Positions 13,201-25,200 of a stretch of DNA of 64,000 nucleotides are shown piece after piece. Position 1 is the stretch's first letter. The number at the start of each line of letters is the position of its first letter. The notes below the pieces were generated by a model. The model made no database searches and had not been told where the DNA came from. It saw only the letters and a list, made by a program, of their open reading frames with translations. Origin of the DNA: Rhina ancylostomus. Its lineage: Eukaryota. Position numbers and translations under genes: made by a program. The DNA is taken from the NCBI GenBank assembly GCA_030265395.1, contig JARFYF010000046.1, positions 22,641,710 through 22,705,709 of the forward strand, written 5' to 3'.

Positions 13201-16200
13201 ATACTAACAGTTCCCATCTGTAACAAACCTCAGTTCCTGCAATAACTTCCATAAATGATGGGGATGGAGCTGCTGTTGCTTGGGGTCCAGATGCACCATC
13301 GTTTGGGTGATCAAGTGTATTGATAGGAATGTATTCATTTCAGTGGATCACTGCTGCACTTCCCAACTGTGCTAAAGCATATCTTGTAATCTATTTGTTA
13401 CTTCCCTGTCTTGGTGTATCTTTAACACTAATTTTCTTGGCTTCAGGATGGAAGAAGAGAGCCAAAATTATCTGCAGAATGAAACTGATGTTTTTTTTAA
13501 ATAAATTATTTTTTGGAACTAGGAATCAGAGGCCAGCATGTATTTCTAATGCCTAATTGTCTTTGGTGATGAGCTGTTCTTCCTGAATCACTGCAGTTGC
13601 TGTTGTTTTGGTAAAGGTACTTCCACAGTACTGTNNNNNNNNNNNNNNNNNNNNNNNNNNNNNNNNNNNNNNNNNNNNNNNNNNNNNNNNNNNNNNNNNN
13701 NNNNNNNNNNNNNNNNNNNNNNNNNNNNNNNNNNTGCTGGTGTTTTGGTAAAGGTACTTCCACAGTACTGTGGGGGAGGGGGTTCCAGGATTTGGATCCA
13801 GTGATGGTGAAGGATTGGCTATATAGATCCAAACTGGGGGGGGATAGTGCATAATTTGGAGAGGATCCTAGAAGTGGTGGTATCTGCACTTCTCTTCCAC
13901 ACTCTGTTTTCCACCCCCCCCACCCCCCACAAAGAATTTAATGGACATCAGGGGCACTGATGTGCACATTTTTTTGTGTTTGCAAACAATACAAAACTCC
14001 GAGCATTATTTTGATTTATTCAGAGATTACAAATCTGCGACTGATGCTGTATATTAAACTGTATTAAAGTCTGCGTCCTCTAACTTGCCATGAGCAAAAC
14101 CACTGGAAGTTTTTTGGCTATAGAATAGCAACCATTACCGTGCAAATTTGAAATAAAATTGAAATACTCAGCAGGTTAGACACCCTCTGTGGAGACAGAC
14201 ACAGGGTTAATATTTTGGATTCATGAAAGATCAAAGACTTGAAAGGTGAACTATCTCTCCACAGATGCAGACTGACCTGTTGAGAGTTAACAGAATTCTC
14301 TGGTTTTATTTTAATTTTTCAGCATTTTTTTGCTTTTCAATATGTACACATTCCCTCTATTATACCTGAGATCAGGTAATTTGGATAAGGAAGGAAAGAA
14401 AGAATTGGCATCTGTGTGGCATGATCTTAAAGGGCAAAGATGACCAGTGGGCTGATATGATCCTTTAACCTTAGAAGCCTGAAATTAGCTTATTTGTATT
14501 TGCTGCACTTTAATTTGTACTACTTTAGTTTAATTGATGTTCATCTTTATGTTTGATTGTTAAACTTCTGTTCCATGTATTGATTTATGCAGTTCATTGT
14601 CATTTGCTTGTAATTTTCTTCCATACTTCTATGCAACATTTTCTGCTCTTATGTTATAGACTTTTCCCTTTTTGCCTGCTGACCCAACTCAGAATGAAGG
14701 TTCCAATATCAAAAATGTAATAAACTACCTATTTAAATCTGGCAGCAATTTAGATTTTTATGCTCTGAGCACTTTTATTTGGAAGCATTTATCTTTCTCA
14801 AAAGTTTGACGTTGTTAATTTGGTCTTTGGTCAGCACTAGCAGTCATAATGAGTAGCTAGAATTGTTAATTGTAGCTGTAAAGTTGTTGATATAAACGGA
14901 AACATTTTCGACTGGTGTGAGTAGGTTACATCTTGTGACATGATACCCCAGAGTGAGCAGTCTGAACTTAGCCAGATGGATGCTGAGGGTAAGTTCTCTT
15001 CAACAGTGACTTTGATTCTTAGCTTGATAAGGCTGACATCCTAATATCAGACTTGTTGGGGCTTCCATGCGGGGTGGGGGGGGGAGCATGCAGTGAGGGC
15101 TGGGGTGGGGAGGATACAGGGTGATATTAACAGGCGAGTCCCTCTCTGCCCATCTCGTTGATGTATGATCTGAGTTTTGCAGCCAGCAGCAAAAGAAGAC
15201 AGTCTGAATTTTAAAAGTCTGACCATTTCTTCAAAAGGTTATGTCAGGAAATGTGATGAAGAGAGTCAGTCTCATTGCTATATTCCTTCACATAAGCAGT
15301 TGTTCAAATCCCATGTGCCGGCACAGTTTCAATTCCCTTTATTTTCCTTTCCTTCACCTATTCCTTTTGCCTCTGTTAATGCTGAGATGTATTTCCATAG
15401 CCTCTGTAAAAACAAAAGTTTCTCTCCCGTCCTTCCAGAGCCTTTACATTAGATCATACTCATTTGTTTAAGCTTACAAACATTGAAAAGTCTTTGTATA
15501 TCTACTGTACCTTCATGAGGTTTTGTATATCTACTAAATAACAATCTCTTTTTGATCTGATGGAAACAATCCGACTTGGTGTATTTCTTGGTATTTATAT
15601 TTCTTAATGCTCAGACAAAATCCTAATTTTTATTTCCTCATTTCAAAACAACTTTTAATTCAGCTTGTTACTCCCCAAAATTCTAGAATGTAGTTCTTTC
15701 CAATGGATGACTTGTGATATCTTGTCAAAGATTCAGAAGTCCATGAGGAGAATGTGTTTCTCTCTGATTCTGATTATCTTGGCCACTCAGAGGATTTCTA
15801 GTGACTCAGAAGGTAATTATTTGAGGTAAAAGTCCAAAAGCACAATTGAAGTGCTGCCTTTTTTCTTTAAATACAGCTCAGTTCAGACCACTATGCTTTG
15901 AAAGAATCAATTTACTAACACTGCCAGCTCATTGTAATATTCTCTCTAAGATTTATAACAAATATTCAATTTTTGATACTGTACAAAGTAAGTTGTATCT
16001 CTGCCCATCCCTGTAGTTATGAATCAGCAATTATGCTATAAGTGCTTTGTATGTTTGCATGTATGCCACACAATCCTTGCCTCTTATTTTGAATGTTTAA
16101 TCCTTTGTTTTTCTTGTTTGGAGCATATACTCAAGCATTAAGATTTAATATTGTTAGAATACTTAAATAGTATTTTCTTCACTATTTCAGCGGTCTTTAT

Positions 16201-19200
16201 CTTTTACTCCCTACCTATATTAATTAATCTCAAATCTAGACTCTCCCCACACCCTGCTAATTATCTTATTTAATTCATCTGCTCAGTGAGGTTATTGGTG
16301 GTCTTTTTGTTTCTTTGAAGCAGTCCAGTTTGGTGTGCCCACTAGTGGAGAACTTCTGCAGCAGCTATATAGCCACATGTTGACCTTAATCTTCCTCTCC
16401 AACCTTTTCAGTATTCAGCTTCATTTACACCACCTCTGCTTAGTGAGAAGCTCCCTGTCGAGGGGCCTGGAGCTTATCCAGGCTTCAGCAAATGCCAGGT
16501 AACACTCATGCCACAAAGACACCAAGTAATGTCTATCTTCAGAATAAAAAGGAACCAAGCACTTTTCCTGACATACAAAGCCACACTATTTAACATGCCA
16601 TTAATTATTGATCAGAAGCTTGGACCGTTGATATCCTTAGCATGATTACTAAAGCAGAATAGATGCTGGCTACTGTGCAGTGGGCACTTGCCTCCTGATC
16701 CCTCGTAGTCTCTCTCGCCATATAAAAGGCTTATGTTAGTGTTTTGGAATAACTAAGATTTTTTTTTTGATGGATGCATCTGTGATGGTCAAAAAAGTCA
16801 GTCCCTTCTGGAGCAGAGTATTGCATTTCATTGTTAGTGAACCACTGGCTTTAGTATTTGCCTCTTCTACTGCTGGAGCACTGTGTACTATCTATTAGAA
16901 ACATCACAACAGTTTGCCAGAACAATTGCAATAGCACTTCATAACCCACCAAAAAGACTGCCAGATGCAAAAAAAACCCAGAAAATACTAGCAGTATCAA
17001 TGAGGAGAGAAATAGTTAATATTTTGGTTTGATGACTTTTCATCAGAGCTAGGAAAAGATAGAACTTTTTTAAATCCGAGTAGTAGAGAAGGGAGGAAGG
17101 TTGAGAGAAGAAAAGAGGAGGAGACCAGGAGGCTTTCAATTATACAAATGATGGTGCTGACAAGAGGAGATAAAAGCTTGTGAATAATGAAAAATAAGTC
17201 CAGGGGTAGTGTGAATAAAGAGGCAGTGAACAAAATCTGACATCTATTCAAGATGAGAGAGTGTGNNNNACTTGGTTATTAATTAAACTTCCTGTGGAAA
17301 TCTGAGGTTGTTTGCTAATGTTGTAATGACACCTTTTAATAAGGTTTATGATCCCACAACGCATCTGTCAAAGGGAAGAATAGAAATTTATTGAGTGATT
17401 GAGTCTTATCGCTACATGTAGTAAATAATTCTTGGGCATACCAGGAAAAATACTTTTTGCTTTCTCTCTGCCCCCCTTCCCCAATCTAAATTTTCTTTGC
17501 TCATTTTACTTCTTGCTCTGACTAATTTGACCTTGGGCTGTTATCAGATCACAATTTTAGCCATTTACACACAAATATCAAGCTGAAGGGGATTGGTCAA
17601 TGGAACAGTTGGTGAGGTGCCACATTCCAGAAACGTATGGATCAATTTTGGTTTCTGGATCTGATTTAAAATTCATCCCAAACAGAAAAAGGAATCTTAT
17701 TGTAAGGAATGACTATAAGGAAATGTGGGACAGTGGGATGTAAATTGAAGGTCTGCTGCAGAGGATCTTTCTTAACTGGATTTGCAATGGTTCCATTGCA
17801 CATACATGTACAGCTTTGCATTATATGTTAAAGCTTTATCATCTTGGTTGTTGAATGGCAAATACCTTATTAGTTGCTCAACTCAATTGGACAAATATTA
17901 TTCCCTTTCCATTTTCTATGCAGTAAATGAGAGCCAAAAACATGCTTAAAGAAAACGTGAGGAAAAGGTGTATTAAAAACCTTATTATAACTCTTCAATG
18001 GGTAGTTCTTTGCAGTCGATCTAATATTCAGTGTTTAAAAAATCAGTTTGTATGATTGCTGTTTTTTTTTCCTTTCAGAGGAACTTGACAGAATGATTCT
18101 TATCCTCTTCGGCATATATGTTGGTGGTGCTGTTTGTTCATTTGTCCGTGCCTACTTTTTTGTTCTGGCGGGTCATAGGCTGGTGGCCAGACTACGTAAA
18201 AGACTTTTTGGGAGCATTATAAAACAAGAAATTGCATTTTTTGATGAAAACAGGTGGGTGCCCTGGATTTGGAGAATGATGAGCCTTTTAATTGTGATAA
18301 ATCAAAGGCTTTAAATGCAGAGGCTTGTGAAGATTAGCTCTTTGGAATTTAAGCTGTAGTCATTAAAATGTGATGACAGATTTCTACGGGATTTATTTTT
18401 TTCTCCTTTGAATTCTTTAAATTGTTGCTTGACTCAAATTGGTTCCTGAATATAATTTCTGAGTTCAGAGCTGTGTAGAATGAAAATGCAAACATGAAAA
18501 GAATGTATTGCATCATTTAGTTGTAATGAAACTTGGATACGTTTCTCCCTTCAGTGAGACTTTTCAGGATGAAAGATGTGGTGGACTGGGCTCGAAACTT
18601 CTTCCCAGCTGGTGTTCATGTTGCAGCGGGAGATAGATGCACCAGATAGAATCCCTCCCAGTAGTTAAAGTTAATCATGCCTTAGATTTCAATGTTTAAT
18701 GTGTTGTCTGACCTAATGATGAAAAGTATTTGCATTATCATTTAAATATTCTGTGTTCAGTGGTAATTTGTGATAAGGGTGTGGAATGATTTGGGTGAAA
18801 TGTTATATGGTTATTGAAGAAAACATTCATTCTAAACTATTATTTATTCAGTTTTCTTATTATCGTGTGGCTATTTCACACAAGGAGCATTAACTTTGAC
18901 ACCTCACAATTTCCGATAACACATATATTAGCTGGCAAACTATTTAAATCCAGATCTTAATATTTGCTTGTGTTTCAGAAATTTGTCCTTGTATTATAGG
19001 AACAACTTAATTATGGTATTGACCATGCAGATTATAGACTAATCAATGATTTTGACATTTGTGTGTTTACGATAAGAGAATTGCATTTGAACTCTATTTT
19101 CTTGTATTCAGTATGAGAAGCTTTAAGCATACCATCTTGAATGCTGGATAATCAAAAGTACAAAACTGCCATTTCATGCTGAGGTCAGTTGCAAATTGAG

Positions 19201-22200
19201 CTCTATTAGGGAGAAATATTTGAAGATTGGTGTGATGCCAAACAATTGCAAGTACCTAGTGATCTGCAAACATCACTCACTATCGACTTTTAATCTCCAA
19301 ATCAGTTTACATAATGGAGAACCTGTGGTTGTGGTATTGAAGGGACAGACCAACTTAATGACTAAAAATGATGACTGTTAGCCCTGAGACTAGCTGTGGC
19401 TCCACACCATGGGCGACTGCCCTAACAGTTAATCGTATAGTTCTAATTCATCTAATCTCTCCAACTGTGGTACATCAGACTGTGGGTCTTTGCTGCTTCA
19501 CTGATAATTGGAAAGATGATGTCCTTAAGCTGGATATTTTGTCAAATTTGTTTCTATTGATTAGCTCGAATCTCAATTTCTCTGATGGAACAAGCAAGCA
19601 CTGGCATATTTACATATATTTCCTGATCTTTCTTTCTTTCTTTTTTATAGCGCATGGTGATTTTTAAAAAGCTGTAGCATCACAGAATAGTTATAATTTT
19701 AGGAAGCGATTCATCCTTCGAATGATTTTTTTCCTGTTTTACAAAACTAAAGAATGAAACTTTGGAAGATGCGCTGAGCATTTCAAACCAGAACAATAAG
19801 ACTTGTTGCAGCAGTTAGGGTGGGGAATGCATTGGTATAGCAAAATCTATATAAACTTGCTTTCAAATTTAAATTTCAAACTTGCTATGACAGCCTTCTG
19901 TCCTGCAGAATAATGACTTGTGCCTTGACGGGCATCTCCATGTTAAACATCGTCTGGTCTGGTTCAGGAGCATGGCAGTCTCTACACACTTGTTACAGGT
20001 GAACAAAGTGGAGTAGGAAGATGCAAGCATTTGTTCTCTTTGGGGTCCGAGGTCCTTGGTCCTTTTTTCAATCTGAGCTTTCTGTTTCTCCTTGTCTCTT
20101 ATGCTCTCCTGCACAGCCAGCCTCTGGAAGGTTTGACCACCAGCAGCTTTTTTTTTCTAGTTAATTGTGTAAATGCTCTCCATCTTGTCTCACTGACAGT
20201 TTTCCTTTTAGCAGAGATATATATTTTCAGCAGATTGTGACTCAGTGGCAGTTCCCCATACAAAATGTCTTTGTGAATATGGTTGTCATCCATCTGATGA
20301 ATATGGCCAATCGATTCCATGTGTTGTTGATTGAGTAGTACATGTATGCTGATGAAATTAGCACATTCCAGCGCTTCTAAACTAGTAACCCTGTCTCAGA
20401 AAATCAGTAGAATGTGAACGAGGCAATAAAGAGGGAGTGTGTTAAGCTTTTTTCCGTGCTTTGCATATGTTATTCAGGCCTCCCTATTGTAGAGGAGTGT
20501 GCTTGGGGCACAACCTTGGTAGATTGCTTATTTGGTGTTCCCTGTTGGTCTATGCTCCCTTCCTGAGCTTGAACATAATGGCTACAGTTGCTGCAATATT
20601 AAATGTTGATTTCGGCATTAAGTTGCTGGCAGTTATGGAGTCCAAATATTTGATGCTATCAGTAGTCTCTAGGAACACCTCTATGCTGATTGCATGATGG
20701 CTGCAACTTGTGGTCAATCTTCCTAATGCTGATGATCTATTTGAGTGCTTTACAGCCACTGAATATGTTCCTTGTAAGGGATACTAGTATGACATTGTTA
20801 AAGTAGAGAAACTCCCTTATGTACTTTCGTCTTGGTTCTCAGATGGACAAGGCTGGCCTGCATTTTAGTACCTGGCAGTTTGTTGGATTTTACTCCAAGC
20901 AGCTCTTCATGTATTCACTCTTCTCATTTGGGTCTCTCTTGTCATTAATGAGGGCAGATTGTTCAGGTTCCAAGACAGCAAAGTAGGTATCGAACCAATT
21001 AGCAGGTTTCCACTCCTGTTTCCCATTTATTGAGTCTTGAAATTGGTGACTTGAAGTATATGCCAACTCAGTTTGGGAATATTGGATAATGCTTGTTCAG
21101 TGGAATTGAGGATCTTATCTCAACAGACAAGAAGGCCGATATTGTTGCAGGGATATCCTTTCTGCTTTGAACAGAAGAGCTTTTAGAGTTGCAACATTAC
21201 CTTGGCACACATCAGAAAGTAATTCATATCACTGTCCGTGCTGTTGCAGCTGTATGCATTAAAGATGCTGTTAAGAGACTCGCCTGTAGTAATCAGATAG
21301 TTTCTCAAATCCAGCTGATGTTATTGTTATGACATTGGATGATGCCAGGGCACCTTATGATTTGGAGGAGTTTGAAAGAAATTATTATTTACACAGAGCT
21401 CATAACAGTAACCTCACTTCATTTTCTTACTCCCTGGGCCATGATGCCTAAAGCAAATGGGCCACACCTCATAGTTTGCCCTCACTCTTGCACTGAAGTC
21501 CACCAGGAGGGGATTCTGGCTGATCAAGCACTTTTAGAAGTTTTTTTTAAAACTTGGTTTACACCTTCAGCCATCTTTTATAGTAAAGTGTGCAAAGAAG
21601 TAGCCTTTTATTAACTAAAAATGCTCAGCAACACTTGCCTCCTAACTGTAGATTATTAACTGATTTCATGGAGGAACACGTAGACTATGACAGTATTTGA
21701 AATTGAAATGATGGATGGGGAACAAAGGAATGATACCACACATAAATTACAGGCTTAATCTATTTAGGTTACAGTGAATGAAGAGGCTTGCATGCATTAC
21801 ATTAACCAAGCTAAATTTTTTGGAATGAAACATAAAAGTTTTAAAGAATTCCCTTAACGTGCAATGTTGCTGTGAAATTACTTGCTGCCTTATAAACTTG
21901 TTTTAATTTTTTTCTAATAAAATGGACTAGATATAAAAACTATAATCATTAGTCAGACCAAAAGTGGAATGAAGCACTCATATTTTCAAAAAATGCAATC
22001 TTCTGAGAGAGTGAACCTTTGTTGCAACTGATTTTAAAATGATCTAATGTACATTCTGGGAATTGAGATGCAAGTTTTATTTGCATCAAAATGAACCGTG
22101 TTTTAACTCTTAAACTTTTCCTTGAAATCCAAGTTATGGGGTTGTGATTATTTAGTTTTTTTTCCTAACTTTGTTTCTTTGTATTTCCTAATTTTTAACA

Positions 22201-25200
22201 AGAAATTGAGATGTTCAAGCTTTTAGTGCATATTTCAACAGCTGAAAATATTTTAAAATCTAAGTGTTGATTTACTAAGTATACATCCTGCTGAAAGAAG
22301 GATTGTTTACCTGTTATTTTACTGGTCTAGTCAGGAAATGGAACCCTCCAAATAGAGTTGGAAAGTATAATGAATAATAGGGATTATGATTTATAAAATG
22401 TTGCAGCACCATAGGGAAAGTTCAGTGTATCCTTGCTGCTTGGGCTTATCTCAATTCATTCTCAGGTCTTTGGGATAAGAAAGTGGTGAGGAAATCTTGC
22501 ATATAAGACTTGATAAATGATTTATTATTACAATGTAAAGAATATTTTATAGTTCTTGCATGTACTTTTGTTATTATGAAATGTATTATGATAATTCAAA
22601 GTTCCTGACTATAAACATCAAGAATAGCCAGATGAGAGGAATAACCTTTGTACTAATGATCTGTAATTACAGCTGTAATTATTTGGTTAATATAAATCAA
22701 AGATAGGTAGAGATTCTTTGAACAACTGGAATGTTTACTTGATTACTTACAGTAAACTTGTACATTTAGAGTGACTTTGGAAATGTTTCAAACCAGTAAA
22801 CTTTTACAGTATCAAATTTAAGGAAAAACATGAATGTTTTTATAGAGCAACCTCAAACGTTTGTGGTGATGGTCCTAAGAACTTCTGAAATACTGCAAGT
22901 AAAAACTGGAAACCTATCTGCTTTGTTTTGAATCAGCAGAACATTGAAGGAAAAATCTTAAATTTGGATCCTTTTAATTATCAAGCCATTAATTTTTATA
23001 TGGTAGTGTGTTTTATTTTACTAATGGAGAAAAGTGCTATATTTGACAGCAACTTTGAACCACTAGATCCTTTCCGAGCAAAGATCTAATCCAGATGTCT
23101 TTACTTTCGAACTTGTCCTTTTCAATACTACTTTGCTTTGTCATTGATGACCATATGTATGAAATGTAGTGACAATTCATCTTTGTTATACCTTGTCAGA
23201 CTTGGCTATCTTGAATCTTCTTTCACATTGGTATCTGATGTAGCACTTATTTTTTTAAATGAGGAAAATGTCAGTAAAAGCACTTCAAAGGCAGCTAGCA
23301 CAGGAGTGGGATTTACAACAAAATAATGAATGGAGTCAAAAATGACTGAATAATGAATGCCAGCCTCAACAGGAAGGAAACCATATATGCACCTCATGTA
23401 AAATGGAAAAAATTTGTTAATGTTTGTTTTTCACTCTTGAGCCTAAATTTAAGTTGACACTCTAGTGCATTACTGAAAGTGCCTCTTGTCTGAGGAAACA
23501 TTTTTCAGGTAGGATATTCACCAAGACCTCATCTGATCTCTCAGATGGGTATAAAATATCCCATGGCCCCAATTCAAAGGAAAGTGAAGATTTTGATCTT
23601 GGGCCAATATATTGTCCCTCACTTAATGTTGGTAAATATTACATATCCATTTCCATTTTTGAATGTTCATATTATATAAGTTTATTTGTCACACTTCCTA
23701 TAGTGCGATGATAAATAGCTAAAATATTTTTTGAAATGTTTTTGCATCTCCTGAAAGATGTGTGAAAGTTGCTATCTGAATGCAAGTCTGGCTGCTTAAT
23801 TTTCTTATTTAAATTCCAGCTGATTGTTTTAATCAACATTGAAATAATCTAAGTTGAGGGAAGCTGTTGATAGGTGACCATGGCTTCCATCACTGCTGTT
23901 CTTTTAGTTTTCACTTTTTTTGGGGGAGGGGAGTGGGAAACCGTTCGTCTATGAATGCCTAATGCACGTTTATTGAGGAAATGATTATGAAGCTATAGCT
24001 CTAACTTTAAAATGCACACTGATTTGTCCTTTTAATCTAACATACTTTGGTTAAAGCTTTTCTTGTTAAAGTTTAGGTGAACATTAACAGTGCTAAATTT
24101 ATTTTCTGATTTAGTACACAGACAAAGGCACTTAAATAACTCTAGTTTTAATGAAAAGTCCTCAACCCTAAAACTGTCAATAAATCCTTGCTTAAAATCT
24201 TGTCATGTATAAAATGTGTATTTGTTTTATTAATCAATTCTGTAATTTTCCTACTGTTTTGTTGGATGCAGTAATTAAAAATAATTGGTCTGTTGCTACA
24301 TTGGAAATAACATTACTTAATGACAACAAAAAGGAGTTCCTATTACTTTGTATTCTCCTCCATTACTTTTTATTTCCATTCATCTAAGTCTGGCCTTGCA
24401 TACAAATCAGACAAATAGTGGACCAGTCTATTCGTGTTATTAAACTACTAAGCTTATTAGAAATTCACTTTTTGTCTCATTAATCACTTAGTTTTTCACT
24501 AATTGACAATTATAATGTCAGTGTTGTTAGAGTAAGATATTTGCAATAGTTTTAACTTTAAGTAGTTTATTTGGAGAGTTATTTATTTTTAATATTCTTG
24601 ATATTAAAAAAACTGAACTTTTTCCTTGCAGAAAAGCAATTGAAATTTTGAAACCTGTCAGAAACACTGTGTCATCTCTTAATTGCAATATAATTTTAAT
24701 TTACCTCCAAAATTAGGAATATTATGTGCAACAATAAAATCTACTCAGTGTAATTGTGAAGTTAGCAAACCTTGGAAGAGGAAATGTATATTGCTGAGTT
24801 CAAATGTATTTCCTCCAGTTATTTTCCTTCACTGCCAGTTTTACTCCCAGAGCAAATGGCAGGAGCATTTTGAAATTGGCAGTTCAAAGCTCCAAAAATA
24901 TTCTGTATTTGTACATGACAAAACACCATTCCTTTTTTTAAATAAGGATAGCAGTCCTTTTCTGCAATAAAAAGCATGTGTTGACATTTCTTTCACTTAA
25001 CCATTCTCTGTCATTTGTATTTGTGATATGCGGCTGATGTTTCCAATCCATGCAAAGCTCTATTTTAAGTCAATTTGATTAACCTAAATATGCAATTAAA
25101 CTTTATATTCAAATAGTTTGTCATTTTGGCCAAACTTTAAATTAAAAATTTCTCTTCCAACAGAACCGGTGAATTAACAAATCGCCTGTCATCTGATACT

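Noticed and set aside
13601-13771. ~30-bp direct repeat either side of a 100-N gap
   Set aside because: Looks like overlapping contig ends around a placeholder gap, so probably an assembly artifact.
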